Origin: an uncultured Candidatus Rokubacteria bacterium
GTDB lineage: Bacteria; Methylomirabilota; Methylomirabilia; Rokubacteriales; CSP1-6
Assembly: GCA_963754315.1 (NCBI GenBank)
Contig: CAVWFS010000018.1
Location: forward strand, 672,001-736,000
Direction of reading: 5' to 3'
Length of the DNA: 64,000 nt
The position numbers and the translations under genes are program-made. Positions 21,537 through 34,092 of the stretch are shown one piece after another. The first letter of the stretch is position 1. Each line of letters begins with the position of its first letter. The notes beneath the pieces were generated by a model. The model was not told the origin of the DNA. It was given only the letters and a program-made list of their open reading frames with translations, and did not search any database.

Positions 21537-23249
21537 GTGCGATTCACGCGGTCGCTCGTTCCCACCCTTCGGGAGGTCCCCGCCGACACCGAGGCCATCA
21601 GCCATCGCCTCATGCTGCGGGCCGGGTTGGTGCGACAGCTGGGTGCAGGGATCTACGTGTATCTGCCACTCGGGCAGCGCGTCCTCGACAAGATCAACGG
21701 CATTCTCCGCGAGGAGATGAATGCGATCGGCGGGCAGGAGATCACCATGCCCGTGCTGCACCCGGCCGAGATCTGGCGCGAATCCGGACGATGGGACGCC
21801 GTCGGCGAGGAGATGTTCCGTCTGAAGGACCGCCACGGGCGCGACCTCTGCCTGGGGATGACTCACGAGGAGGTGGTCGCGTGGCTGGCCGCCCGGGAGA
21901 TCCGGTCCTATCGCGATCTTCCCCAAGTCTGGTACCAGATCCAGACCAAAGAGCGCGACGAGGCCCGCCCGCGCTCAGGCGTACTGCGCACGCGGGAGTT
22001 CCTCATGAAGGACTCCTACACCCTCGATCCCGACGCGGCGTCGCTCGAGCGCTCGTATACGGCCCACGAACACGCCTACCGACGCATCTTCGACCGCTGT
22101 GGGCTCCGTTACCACGTCGTGCAGGCCGACCCTGGGATGATGGGGGGACTGGGTTCCCACGAGTTCATGGCGCCTAGCGCGGCCGGCGAGGACGAGATCG
22201 CCCTTTGTGCGGCGTGTGGTTACGCGGCCAACGTGGAGCTCGCCAGGGGGAGACCGGCCGTGCCCGAGTTCCCGGCCGAGGAGCGTGCCGAGGTGGCGAC
22301 ACCGAACGCGCGCACCATCGCCGAGGTTTCGGGCCTGCTCGGCATCGATCCGCGTCGCACGATAAAGTCGCTTCTCTACGTGGCCGAGAAGTCCGGCCCC
22401 ATCCTCGCCCTCGTCCGAGGAGATCACGCGATTCACGAGCGGAAGCTCGCGCGCGCGCTGGCCGAGCCGTTTCGTCCGGCGCACCCGGGCGAAATCCAAG
22501 AGCATCTGGGCGCACCCGCCGGGAGTGTGGGACCGCTGGGAGTCAGCCTGCCTGTCCTTGCCGACGAGGTCCTTGCCGACGGCCGTTACGTGGTCGGCGC
22601 CAACCGCGAGGGCTTCCACCTGCGCGGGGTGGTGCCTGGCCGAGATTTCACGTGCCGATTCGTCGATCTGCACACGGTGGCTCCCGGGGAAGCGTGCCCG
22701 CAGTGTGGTGGCGCCCTGGTGGTGGAGCGGGTCATCGAGATCGGCAACATCTTCAAACTCGGCACGACGTACTCGGTGCCGTTGGGCGCCATGTACCTGG
22801 ACGAGGCGGGCAAGGAGCAACCCGTCGTGATGGGCAGCTATGGCATCGGGCCGGCACGCATCGCAGCGGCCGCCGTTGAACAACTGAACGACGACGACGG
22901 CATCGTTTGGCCGTGGTCGATCGCGCCCTTCCACGTCCACATCGTTCTCGTCAGCGGCCGTGATGCCGAGCAACGGAATGCCGCCGAGACCATCTATGCC
23001 GAGTGCTGGCGCCATGGTCTGGAGGCCTTGCTCGACGACCGGGATGAGCGGCCGGGGGTGAAGTTCAAGGACGCGGATCTGTTGGGAATTCCCCTGCGGA
23101 TTACGGTGGGCAATGCCCTCACCCGCGAGGGAGTCGTAGAGATCCGAACGCGACGCGATGGGGCCCAGTGGCGCGCCCCGAAGGATCAAGTGTTTAGTAC
23201 CCTCCTCGACCTCAGAGCGACACTGGCCGGAGGGTCCGCCACGCGCTGA
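21537..23249 (+). CDS. proS: Proline--tRNA ligase (bacterial type with editing domain)
   Basis: SHRLMLRAG, THEEVV, RDEARPRSGVLRTREFLMKDSY, MGSYGIG. Confidence 0.96.
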   Translation: MRFTRSLVPTLREVPADTEAISHRLMLRAGLVRQLGAGIYVYLPLGQRVLDKINGILREEMNAIGGQEITMPVLHPAEIWRESGRWDAVGEEMFRLKDRHGRDLCLGMTHEEVVAWLAAREIRSYRDLPQVWYQIQTKERDEARPRSGVLRTREFLMKDSYTLDPDAASLERSYTAHEHAYRRIFDRCGLRYHVVQADPGMMGGLGSHEFMAPSAAGEDEIALCAACGYAANVELARGRPAVPEFPAEERAEVATPNARTIAEVSGLLGIDPRRTIKSLLYVAEKSGPILALVRGDHAIHERKLARALAEPFRPAHPGEIQEHLGAPAGSVGPLGVSLPVLADEVLADGRYVVGANREGFHLRGVVPGRDFTCRFVDLHTVAPGEACPQCGGALVVERVIEIGNIFKLGTTYSVPLGAMYLDEAGKEQPVVMGSYGIGPARIAAAAVEQLNDDDGIVWPWSIAPFHVHIVLVSGRDAEQRNAAETIYAECWRHGLEALLDDRDERPGVKFKDADLLGIPLRITVGNALTREGVVEIRTRRDGAQWRAPKDQVFSTLLDLRATLAGGSATR

Positions 23250-23251
23250 GC

Positions 23252-23280
23252 TTGCCTGGTCCCCAACCTCGTGCTAAAGT
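23252..23280 (+). promoter_or_regulatory. Sigma-70 promoter of the rimP-nusA-infB operon
   Basis: TTGCCT, 17 bp spacer, TAAAGT with an extended -10 TG. Confidence 0.6.
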
Positions 23281-23284
23281 CTTG

Positions 23285-23316
23285 AAAAAGTGGGCGTCGC
23301 CCACTTTTTTACTTTT
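23285..23316 (+). terminator. rimP leader intrinsic terminator / attenuator
   Basis: AAAAAGTGGGC-GTC-GCCCACTTTTT hairpin with U-tract between the promoter and rimP. Confidence 0.8.
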
Positions 23317-23327
23317 GGTGATCGCCG

Positions 23328-23795
23328 ATGCCGGACGACGCTCAACTCGCGCGGATCGAGAAGGTCATCCAGCCGGTGCTGGGAGAGCATGGCTTGGAAC
23401 TGGTCGATCTCGACTGCAGAGGCGTCCGTCCGCGTGCTGTGCTGCGGGTGTTTGTCGACAAGGTGGGTGGAGTGCGGGTGGCTGACTGCGAGCGGTTAAG
23501 TCGGGAACTGGGGGATATCCTGGACGTGGCGGGTGTGATCGAAGGCGCCTACGACTTGGAGGTGTCCTCACCCGGCCTGGACCGGCCCCTCCGCAAGGAG
23601 CGAGAGTTCCGCTGGGCGCTCGGAAAGCCCGTGCGATGCTGGGTCGCCGGGGGAGAGGAGTTCGCCGGGCGTCTGGCCGAAGTGGCGGATGAGCGGCTCG
23701 TGCTGGAACGCGCGGGGCAACGAGTGGAAGTCTCCCGTGCGGCATTGACCAAGGCTCGCCTCGACATCGAGATACCCTGGTCGCGGCGACCGTGA
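23328..23795 (+). CDS. rimP: Ribosome maturation factor RimP
   Basis: LRVFVDK, DCERLSREL, LEVSSPGLDRPL. Confidence 0.95.
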   Translation: MPDDAQLARIEKVIQPVLGEHGLELVDLDCRGVRPRAVLRVFVDKVGGVRVADCERLSRELGDILDVAGVIEGAYDLEVSSPGLDRPLRKEREFRWALGKPVRCWVAGGEEFAGRLAEVADERLVLERAGQRVEVSRAALTKARLDIEIPWSRRP

Positions 23796-23802
23796 CGATA
23801 GC

Positions 23803-25119
23803 GTGAATCGCGAACTGATTACCGTGATCGAGCAGATTGGACGCGAGAAGGGGATCAATCCCGAAATCCTCTTCGAGGCGCTGGAGTCTGCCCTCCTGTC
23901 GGCCGCCAAGAAGACCCCCGACAGCGTGCGCATGGAACTGGATCGCAAGACGGGGGCCCTGCGCCTGTACGGGCGGAAGAAGGTCGTCCAGGAGGTCGAG
24001 GATCCCTCCATGGAAGTCGCCCTAGGCGAAGCGAAGGCCCTCAACCCGGCCGCCGAAGTGGGGGACGAGCTGGAGCAGGAGCTTCCCCCCCAGCAGTTCG
24101 GGCGCATCGACGCCCAGCGCGCCAAGCAGGTGATCCTGCAGCGCGTGCGCGACGCCGAGCGCGAGAGCATCTACTCGGAGTTTGCCAACAAGGAAGGGCA
24201 GATTGTCCGGGGCGTGATTCATCGGATCGAGAAGCGTAACGTGATCCTAGAGATCGGGAAGGCAGAGGCCGTTCTCCCCGAGCGCGAGCAGATTCCCGGT
24301 GAGCGCCACAATCCAGGCGATCGCGTCCGCGCGTATGTCCTGGAAGTGCGGCGCACGGCCAAGGGGCCTCAGGTGGTTCTCTCACGGACGCACCCCGGAT
24401 ACCTGGTTCGACTCTTCGAAACGGAGATTCCCGAGATTCAGGAGGGGATCGTGATTGTGAAGGCCGCTGCTCGCGAAGCAGCGGAGCGAGCCAAGGTTGC
24501 GGTGGCGTCGACCCGGCGCGACGTCGATCCGATCGGGGCCTGCGTCGGACTGCGGGGCACGCGGATCCAGGTCATCAGCCGGGAGTTGCGGGGCGAGAAG
24601 ATTGATATCATCGAGTGGTCGCAGGATCCCTCCACCTTCGTGGCCCGAGCGCTGTCCCCGGCCAAAGTCTCGTCGGTGACCATCGCCGAGTCAGAGGGTC
24701 AGGAGGACACTCCGGCTGCGCTCGTGGTGGTTGCTGATAACCAGCTCTCGCTAGCCATCGGCAAGAAGGGGCAGAACGCGCGGCTGGCCGCCAAGCTCAC
24801 CGGGATGCGGATTGATATCAAGAGCGAGTCGGAGCTTGAGGCCGAGGAGGCGGCGACGGGCACGGAGCCGCGTGCCGCGCTCCTGAGTCTCCCCGAGGTG
24901 TCGGTGGAGATCGCCGATGCGCTCGTGTCAGCTGGCCTGGGTTCGCCCGGTGCCATCGTTCATGCGGGGGTCGATCGTCTGCGGGAGGTTCACGCGATCG
25001 GCTCACACTCCGAGACAATCTATCGGGCGGCTGAAGAGTGGGTGGCGGCCCGACGCTCCCCGGCGGTCTCCCCAAGCGCGGAGGCGTTCACGCCGGATCC
25101 GCCCGCGGACCAGACGTGA
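23803..25119 (+). CDS. nusA: Transcription factor NusA
   Basis: FGRIDAQRAKQV, VLSRTHP, DPIGACVGLRGTRI, LSLAIGKKGQNARLA. Confidence 0.96.
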   Translation: MNRELITVIEQIGREKGINPEILFEALESALLSAAKKTPDSVRMELDRKTGALRLYGRKKVVQEVEDPSMEVALGEAKALNPAAEVGDELEQELPPQQFGRIDAQRAKQVILQRVRDAERESIYSEFANKEGQIVRGVIHRIEKRNVILEIGKAEAVLPEREQIPGERHNPGDRVRAYVLEVRRTAKGPQVVLSRTHPGYLVRLFETEIPEIQEGIVIVKAAAREAAERAKVAVASTRRDVDPIGACVGLRGTRIQVISRELRGEKIDIIEWSQDPSTFVARALSPAKVSSVTIAESEGQEDTPAALVVVADNQLSLAIGKKGQNARLAAKLTGMRIDIKSESELEAEEAATGTEPRAALLSLPEVSVEIADALVSAGLGSPGAIVHAGVDRLREVHAIGSHSETIYRAAEEWVAARRSPAVSPSAEAFTPDPPADQT

Positions 25120-25382
25120 GCGAACCTCAGCGCACCTGTGTCGGCTGTCGTCAGGCCCGGCCCGCGCGAACCCTGATTCGGCTTGTTCGCCGCCCATCGG
25201 GTGAGGTGGTGGTGGATTCGACGAAACGGCTGCCCGGGCGCGGTGCCTATCTCTGCCCGGGGCCTGCATGCCTCGCGCGCGGTCTCGAGCGTGGCCGTCT
25301 CGCGCACGCGTTCCGGAAACCATGTGAGGTCAGGGTCAACCTGGCCGAGGAGGTGAGCGAGCGGTGGCCGCAGCCAAGGTGA
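25116..25382 (+). CDS. ylxR: YlxR/RnpM (DUF448) RNA-binding protein
   Basis: PQRTCVGCR, GRGAYLC; position between nusA and infB. Confidence 0.9.
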   Translation: MSEPQRTCVGCRQARPARTLIRLVRRPSGEVVVDSTKRLPGRGAYLCPGPACLARGLERGRLAHAFRKPCEVRVNLAEEVSERWPQPR

Positions 25383-27964
25383 AGGTGATCGAACTCGCCA
25401 AGGAGCTTGGCGTGACCAGTAAGGACCTGATGGTCGCCGCCGAGGAGATGGGGCACAAGGGCGTGCGCGCCATGACACCCCTCGATAGCACGCTCGCCAA
25501 CGCCCTCCGCGTCAAGCTCGGTAAGGGCCGCGATCTGCCCGAAGAGCCGAAACCGAAGCGTCCCGCCCGGGTCAAGACAGCCGAGGGCAGCCGAGGGCAG
25601 TGGAGTTGTTGACGGGGCGCCGGCCAAGATCGTGCGCCCGCGACGGCCGACACAAGCCACCGAGGAAGAGCCGCTCGAGCTACGACCGGCCGCGACCATT
25701 GTGAAGCCCAAGCCGGTCCCTGTTAGCGTTGAACCTCTCGTCGAGCCCACCCCCGCCGTCAAGTCCGAGGTCAAAACGGAGCCGGAGCCTCCACTTGTGG
25801 AGCCTGTCACGCCTGCTGTGGTTCCAATCGAACCCCTTGTCTCTCGCCCCCTCCGGTACCTCCTCCCCCGCCCAGGAAGCCGGAGCCGAGGATCGTGCCT
25901 TTCCGGCCGAGCGAGCGGCCAGGTCCCACGCCCCCCGCCCGCACACCACGCCAACCCTTTGGACCGTTCTCACCTCCGCGCGTGACGATGGGTCCGCCGA
26001 GGCCGGCGGCACCGCCTCTGCCTCCGCGTCAGCCTCGTCCGTCTGCGGAGCCCGTGCCGGTGGTCGCACCGGCCGCTGCAACCTTGTCGCCGACGGCTGC
26101 CATGCCATCACCGTTGGCCGCCCCGCCCCCATCGACGGTCGTGGAGGCTACCGCTCCACCGGTCGTTCCCGAGACCCTCGTCGCCCCGGCTGCCGTCACC
26201 GAGACGCCGCCAGTCGAAGTCAAGCGCGAGCTCATCAGGGTGCCGGAGTCGGTCACCGTGGCCGAGTTGGCCGAAAAGATGCGCCGCAAGTCGGGTGAGG
26301 TCATCAAGGCTCTGCTCGAGCTCGGCGTCATGCGGATGGTCAACGACTTGCTCGATCCGACCGAAGCCAAGCTGGTTGCCGACAAGTTCAACGTGGACCT
26401 CGAGATTCGCTCGATGGAAGGTGGCCTGGTGGAGGAGGACGAGGTCGATCCCGCGCAGCTGACCCTGCGTCCGCCCGTCGTCACGGTCATGGGGCACGTC
26501 GACCACGGCAAGACCTCTCTGCTCGATGCCATCCGGCGCACCAAGGTCGCCGAGAAGGAGTTTGGTGGCATCACCCAGCACATCGGCGCCTACCAGGTGA
26601 TGACCTCGCACGGCAAGGTAACCTTCCTCGACACGCCAGGTCACGAAGCGTTCACGGCCATGCGCGCCCGCGGAGCCCAGGCGACCGACATCGTGATCCT
26701 CGTGGTAGCCGCCGACGACGGCGTGATGCCGCAGACCGTGGAGGCGGTCAGCCACGCCCGAGCCGCCAACGTCCCGATCATCGTCGCTGTCAACAAGGTC
26801 GACAAGCCCGAGGCCGACCCGGATCGGGTCAAGCGCGAGCTGGCCAACCTCAACCTCGTTCCCGAGGAGTGGGGCGGGCAGACCATCTACGTACCGACAT
26901 CGGCCAAGAGAGGGACGGGTATTGATCAGCTCCTGGAAATGACTGCGCTGCAAGCAGAAGTCCTCGAGCTCCGGGCCAACTCCAACCGTGCCGCCAAGGG
27001 TGTGATCATCGAGAGCCGTCTCGATCGTGGACGCGGTGCGGTGGCGACGGTGCTGATCCAGAATGGGGCCCTGCACGAGGGCGACGCTGTCGTGGTCGGT
27101 TCACACTCGGGGCGCATCCGGGCCCTGGTCGATCCGGCGGGCAAGAAGGTCAAGACGGCGGGGCCGTCCGATGCGGTCGAGGTCCTGGGGCTGTCCGGGG
27201 TGCCCTCGGCCGGCGACGTTCTCGTGGCAGTCTCCGACGAGCGCAAGGCGCGGCAGATTGCGGGCATGCGTCAGGATCGCGACAAGTCCAAGACAAAGGC
27301 GGCGACCCGCATCACCCTGGAAGGGCTGCACAAGCAGATTCAGACGGGCGAGGTGAAGGAGCTGCGGCTGATTCTCAAGGCCGACGTGCAGGGCTCGGTG
27401 GAGGCCCTGACTGAGTCACTGGAACGACTGTCGACGGACGAAGTCAAGCTGAAGGTCATTCACGCCTCGGTGGGGGCGATCAACGAGAGCGACGTCATGC
27501 TGGCGTCGGCCTCCAACGCGATCGTCCTCGGCTTCAACGTCAAGGCAGAAGGCAAGGCGGCTACCCAGGCGCAGTCCATTGGGGTTGACGTGCGCCACTA
27601 CAACGTCATCTACGAGGCCATCAACGACCTGAGGGCAGCCCTGGCTGGTCTGCTGGCGCCGGAGATCCGTGAGACGATCATCGGCCGCGCCCAGGTACGG
27701 CAGATGTTCAGCATCTCCAAGCTGGGCCCGATCTGCGGCAGCTACGTGGAGGAGGGCAAGATCACCCGAACCGGACGCGTCCGCGTCAAGCGGGGGACCG
27801 AGGTGTTTGGCGAGGGCACCGTCTCGTCCCTCAAGCGCTTCAAGGACGAGGTGCGTGAGGTGGCGGCTGGCCTCGACTGCGGAATCGGCGTCACCGTCAG
27901 CGGGGTACAGGCCGGCGACGTCCTCGAGATCTTCAGCACCGAGGAAGTGGCGCGCACGCTCTGA
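25364..27964 (+). CDS. infB: Translation initiation factor IF-2; N-terminal part broken by two indels
   Basis: IF2-N ([10 protein letters not shown]) at 25364; G domain [24 protein letters not shown] in 25895-27964; 10-bp duplication at 25581-25600 and -1 in the C-run at 25847-25851. Confidence 0.95.
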
Positions 27965-27980
27965 TCGCGGAGAGGGAACG

Positions 27981-28271
27981 ATGGCCGTCGCACGTGTGGC
28001 CCTCGGCACCATCGAGCTGCACCTGCCCGGCGCCGACTCGCTCAAGGGTAAGCGGCATATCCTACGGTCCCTCAAGGACAAGCTTCGGAATCGTTTCGCC
28101 GTCGCGGTGGCCGAAGTGGACCATCACGATGTGTGGCAACGGGCGACCCTCGCCGTGGCCTACGTGTCCCACGACGCGCGACACGCCGATTCTGTGGTGG
28201 CCAAGGCCATCGACTTCATCGAGACGCACGTGGACGGGGAGGTCCTGGACACGTCGCTGGAGATTCTGTGA
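27981..28271 (+). CDS. DUF503 (YlxP-like) protein
   Basis: SLKGKRHILRSL, AVAEVDHHDVWQRA; position between infB and rbfA. Confidence 0.9.
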   Translation: MAVARVALGTIELHLPGADSLKGKRHILRSLKDKLRNRFAVAVAEVDHHDVWQRATLAVAYVSHDARHADSVVAKAIDFIETHVDGEVLDTSLEIL

Positions 28272-28627
28272 TGCAGGGCAAGCGGCTGGATCGTGTGAAT
28301 CAGCTCATCAAGGAAGAAGTGTCGTTGCTCCTGCAGCGGGAGCTGAAGGACCCGCGCCTCGGTTTCGTTACCGTCACCGATGTTGAGACGACCAAGGACC
28401 TACGGCAGGCCAAGATCTACGTATCAGTCCTGGGCAACGAAGACCAATGGGTGGCCTCCCTCAAGGGATTGTCGAGCGCGCGCGGCTTCATCCGCCATTG
28501 GCTGCGCGATCATCTCGACCTGCGCGTGACCCCCACCCTGGAGTTTCGGCCGGACCGCTCCATGGAACACGCCGCCCACATCCAGAGCCTTCTCGCGCGT
28601 CTGGCCACCGACGAGCGCCCGGCGTGA
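28271..28627 (+). CDS. rbfA: Ribosome-binding factor A
   Basis: LKDPRLGFVTVTDV, DLRQAKIYVS, TPTLEFRPDRS. Confidence 0.95.
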   Translation: MQGKRLDRVNQLIKEEVSLLLQRELKDPRLGFVTVTDVETTKDLRQAKIYVSVLGNEDQWVASLKGLSSARGFIRHWLRDHLDLRVTPTLEFRPDRSMEHAAHIQSLLARLATDERPA

Positions 28628-29610
28628 CCACGCGTCGGGTGCCCGACGAGATCCTGGCCCTCCTGGGTGGCCACGGTGGGCGGGCTCTCATGCTCGGACA
28701 CGTCCATCCCGATGGGGACGTGCTCGGGACCCTGCTCGCCCTCGGACTCGCACTGCAGACGCGCGGTTGGCAGGTCGTCTACGGAGGCCCCCATCCGGCG
28801 CCAGCCATTCTCGATTTCCTCCCCGGGGTCGAGCACTACCGTGTTCTGGAGGGCCTTCAAGGGAGCTTCGAGGTGGCCGTGCTCACCGACTGCCCGAACC
28901 CTGATCGTACCGAGGGGTTGATCGGCCAGGCACGCCAGGTTTCGGGCCGAATCGTGAACATCGACCACCATCCTGACAATCGGCGCTACGGGGACGTGAA
29001 CTGGGTGGTTCCGCAGGCGGCGGCCACCGGCGAGTTGGTCTACGAGCTGCTGGTTGCGTTGGGAATTGCCATCACGCCGGCCATGGCGACCAATTTGTTC
29101 GCGGCCATTCACACCGACACGGGGTCCTTTCGCTATTCGAACGTGACCCCAGATACCCTTCGCATTGCCGGGGCCCTCGTGGCGGCCGGTGCCGACCCTG
29201 CGATGGTATCGGGGAATCTCTACGAGCGACGCGCACCAGAGGCTCTGCGCTCGCTGGCCGAGGTCCTCGGGCGTGTTCAGATGAGCGAGGACCGCCGGGT
29301 AGCCTGGCTGAGCCTGCCGGGCGGCCTCGTTCCCGATGACTTCATCGATGCCGAAGACCTCGTCACCTATCCACGCTCCATCGGATCGGTCCGGGTGGCA
29401 TGCCTGTTCCGGGAGCGCGACGGGCGTGTGAAGGTGAGCCTTCGCGGCAAGGGAGAAGCTGACGTACGTCAGATCGCAGCCAGGTTCGGAGGTGGGGGGC
29501 ACCCGAACGCGGCCGGCTGTAGCGTCGACGGCTCGCTGGAGGGGGTGACCAAGGACGTGCTCGCCGTGGTCTTCCAGGCGGTGGCCTCCACCGACCCGAG
29601 CCTGGACTAA
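28624..29610 (+). CDS. nrnA: DHH/DHHA1 nanoRNase / pAp phosphatase
   Basis: HVHPDGD, NIDHHPDN, TDTGSFRY, KVSLRGK, FGGGGHPNAAG. Confidence 0.9.
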   Translation: MTTRRVPDEILALLGGHGGRALMLGHVHPDGDVLGTLLALGLALQTRGWQVVYGGPHPAPAILDFLPGVEHYRVLEGLQGSFEVAVLTDCPNPDRTEGLIGQARQVSGRIVNIDHHPDNRRYGDVNWVVPQAAATGELVYELLVALGIAITPAMATNLFAAIHTDTGSFRYSNVTPDTLRIAGALVAAGADPAMVSGNLYERRAPEALRSLAEVLGRVQMSEDRRVAWLSLPGGLVPDDFIDAEDLVTYPRSIGSVRVACLFRERDGRVKVSLRGKGEADVRQIAARFGGGGHPNAAGCSVDGSLEGVTKDVLAVVFQAVASTDPSLD

Positions 29611-29613
29611 CAC

Positions 29614-30552
29614 ATGAAGCGAACGCGGATCGCGGCGCATTCCGGCGTCTTGGTGGTCGACAAGGCCGCTGGTCTCACCTCGTTCGACGTCGTGGCGCGC
29701 GCCCGGCGAGCGCTCGGGGAGCGCCGCATTGGCCATGCCGGCACCCTAGATCCAGCAGCGGTGGGGGTCCTGCCTTTGCTCGTGGGCGAGGCCACGAAGC
29801 TGATGGCCTACTTGATCGAGCAGGACAAAGAGTACGTCGCGATCGTCCGACTTGGCGTGGCCACGGACACGCAAGACCTGAGCGGACGGATCATGGCCAC
29901 CAAGCCTGTACCAACGCTCGATCGAGGCCAGCTGGAACGCGTTCTCAAGAGGTTCGTCGGCCGCATCCGTCAGGCCCCCCCCATGTACTCGGCTGTCCAT
30001 CACGAAGGGCATCGCTTGTACGAGTTCGCACGCCAGGGTATCGAGGTTGTGCGGGAAGCGCGTGAGGTGGTGGTGCACGCAATCGAGCTTCTCGACATGC
30101 TGAGTGACCAGATCACCTTGAGGGTCGTCTGCGGCAAGGGGACCTATCTGCGCGCAATCGCGGCCGACGTCGGGGCAGACTTGGGCTGTGGCGGCGCCAT
30201 CGAGCATCTGGCACGGGTCCGAGTGGGACCCTTCAACCGTGTCGAGGCGCTGCCGTCAGACGACCTTGATCGGCTGGAGCGATCGGCCTTGCTGGAGCGC
30301 CTGCTTCCCGTCGATGCGCCGCTGGCTGCTTGGCCGGTGATCGCACTGGGTGACCGTGACGCCACCGCCTTCATACATGGCCAACCGGTGCCGTTACCCC
30401 GGGGTCGGGCCCAGCAGGGGGCGTTCGTCCGGATTCAGCACCAGGAGGGCCAGTTTCTGGGGGTGGGTGTGGCCGTTGCGGGAGGTACTCGCGTCAGGCC
30501 TGAACGAGTCGTCCATGCGGATTGTCCGGGGTATCGAGTCCGCCCCGCCTGA
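29614..30552 (+). CDS. truB: tRNA pseudouridine(55) synthase
   Basis: GHAGTLDP, PPMYSAV, CGKGTYLR. Confidence 0.96.
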   Translation: MKRTRIAAHSGVLVVDKAAGLTSFDVVARARRALGERRIGHAGTLDPAAVGVLPLLVGEATKLMAYLIEQDKEYVAIVRLGVATDTQDLSGRIMATKPVPTLDRGQLERVLKRFVGRIRQAPPMYSAVHHEGHRLYEFARQGIEVVREAREVVVHAIELLDMLSDQITLRVVCGKGTYLRAIAADVGADLGCGGAIEHLARVRVGPFNRVEALPSDDLDRLERSALLERLLPVDAPLAAWPVIALGDRDATAFIHGQPVPLPRGRAQQGAFVRIQHQEGQFLGVGVAVAGGTRVRPERVVHADCPGYRVRPA

Positions 30553-31432
30553 GTCGGCCGGGGGCGTCGTTGCTCTCGGCGTCTTCGACGGCATTCACCT
30601 TGGTCACCGCAAGATCCTGGGGTTTGCGGTCGGTCGGAGCCGCGATCTGACAGTGGCCTCGCTTGCCTGCACATTCGATCCGCAGCCGGTCGAGGTGCTC
30701 CAGCCGGAACGGGCGCCAGTGCCCATCACGACTCTCGAGGAGCGGCTTGAGCTGATCGCCGAAGCCGGTGTTCAGATGACGATCGTGCTGCCCTTCACGG
30801 CGGCTCTCGCCGGCATGGAGCCGGAGGCATTCATCGAGGACGTGATGCTCAGGAAGCTCGGGGTGCGGGAGATCGTGGTGGGGTTCAATCATCGCTTCGG
30901 CCGGGGTGCGCGCGGCGACCCCGCCTTGCTGGAGGCCCTCGCCGCCCGACTGGGTTTTCGCGCCCACGTGGTGGCGCCGCTGATCGTGGATGGGGGGCCC
31001 GTGTCGTCGACGGAGATTCGCGCGGCCCTCCAGCGAGGCGACCTCGACCGTGCCCACCGCTTGCTCGGGCGCGACTATTCGCTCGGCGGTGAGGTCGTTC
31101 GCGGCGCCGGTCGCGGGCGAACCCTTGGCTTCCCAACCGCCAACGTCAAGCCCGAACGGCCCCCGCTCATCCCTTTCGGGGTCTACGCCTGCTGGGCTTG
31201 GGTGGCCGGGGAGCGCCTCAAGGCCGTCGTCAACGTTGGAAGCCAGCCCACCTTTGGTGAGAATGCGGTGGCCATTGAAGCCCATCTCCTCGATTTCGAA
31301 GGCGATCTCTATGGGTGCCGCGTCCGTCTTGCTTTCGTCCGTCGCCTCCGCGCTGAGATGAGGTTTCCGTCGGTTGACGCGCTCCGGAAGCAGATTGGCA
31401 CGGACGCGGCCGAGGCCCGAAGCCTCCTCTAG
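30515..31432 (+). CDS. ribF: Riboflavin kinase / FAD synthetase
   Basis: GVFDGIHLGH, VSSTEIR, GRTLGFPTAN, EAHLLDFEGDLYG. Confidence 0.96.
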   Translation: MRIVRGIESAPPESAGGVVALGVFDGIHLGHRKILGFAVGRSRDLTVASLACTFDPQPVEVLQPERAPVPITTLEERLELIAEAGVQMTIVLPFTAALAGMEPEAFIEDVMLRKLGVREIVVGFNHRFGRGARGDPALLEALAARLGFRAHVVAPLIVDGGPVSSTEIRAALQRGDLDRAHRLLGRDYSLGGEVVRGAGRGRTLGFPTANVKPERPPLIPFGVYACWAWVAGERLKAVVNVGSQPTFGENAVAIEAHLLDFEGDLYGCRVRLAFVRRLRAEMRFPSVDALRKQIGTDAAEARSLL

Positions 31433-31450
31433 GCGGCTACGCCGTGGGCA

Positions 31451-31550
31451 TGGTACACTCTGGAGGTATCTGCTGGTCACGTAAGGGTTTTTGAACCCGT
31501 CCCGGCGGATTCCATCCTCGGGGCGAGGCGATTGCACGGAGGCCCACCAC
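31451..31550 (+). promoter_or_regulatory. rpsO promoter (extended -10) and probable S15 leader
   Basis: TGgTACACT at 31451-31459, then a ~85 nt leader with a GGGTT-TTT-GAACCC hairpin and a GGAGG SD. Confidence 0.45.
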
Positions 31551-31820
31551 ATGCCGTTGAACGTTGAGAAGAAGCGAAGCGTGATCGAACAGTTCAGGAC
31601 GCACGAAGGCGACACGGGGTCGCCGGAGGTCCAGATCGCCCTGCTCAGTGAGCGAATCAACGGGCTCACGGATCACTTCAAGCAGCACGCCAAAGACCAC
31701 CACTCCCGGCGCGGCCTGCTGATGCTCATTGGCAAGCGTCGGGGTCTGATCGAGTACCTGAAGGCGAAGGATCCTGAGCGCTATCGGACGGTGCTCGACA
31801 AGCTCGGGATCCGTCGGTGA
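31551..31820 (+). CDS. rpsO: 30S ribosomal protein S15
   Basis: [25 protein letters not shown]. Confidence 0.97.
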   Translation: MPLNVEKKRSVIEQFRTHEGDTGSPEVQIALLSERINGLTDHFKQHAKDHHSRRGLLMLIGKRRGLIEYLKAKDPERYRTVLDKLGIRR

Positions 31821-31953
31821 TTGACGGTCTTACCACGAAATCGGATTGGTCCTCGGACGGGGAGCTCCCGGGGGCCCTCGGGCGGACACAGGTCCGGCCC
31901 GGCATTCATGACGGTCGCCGACAGACGGCAGACCCACGAGGACAAGCATTCGT

Positions 31954-34084
<2,131 letters not shown>

Positions 34085-34092
<8 letters not shown>

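Noticed and set aside
25581..25851. Programmed frameshifting in infB (also considered for rseP and the aminotransferase)
   Set aside because: No slippery heptamer or stimulatory structure; several independent indels in conserved genes point to assembly error
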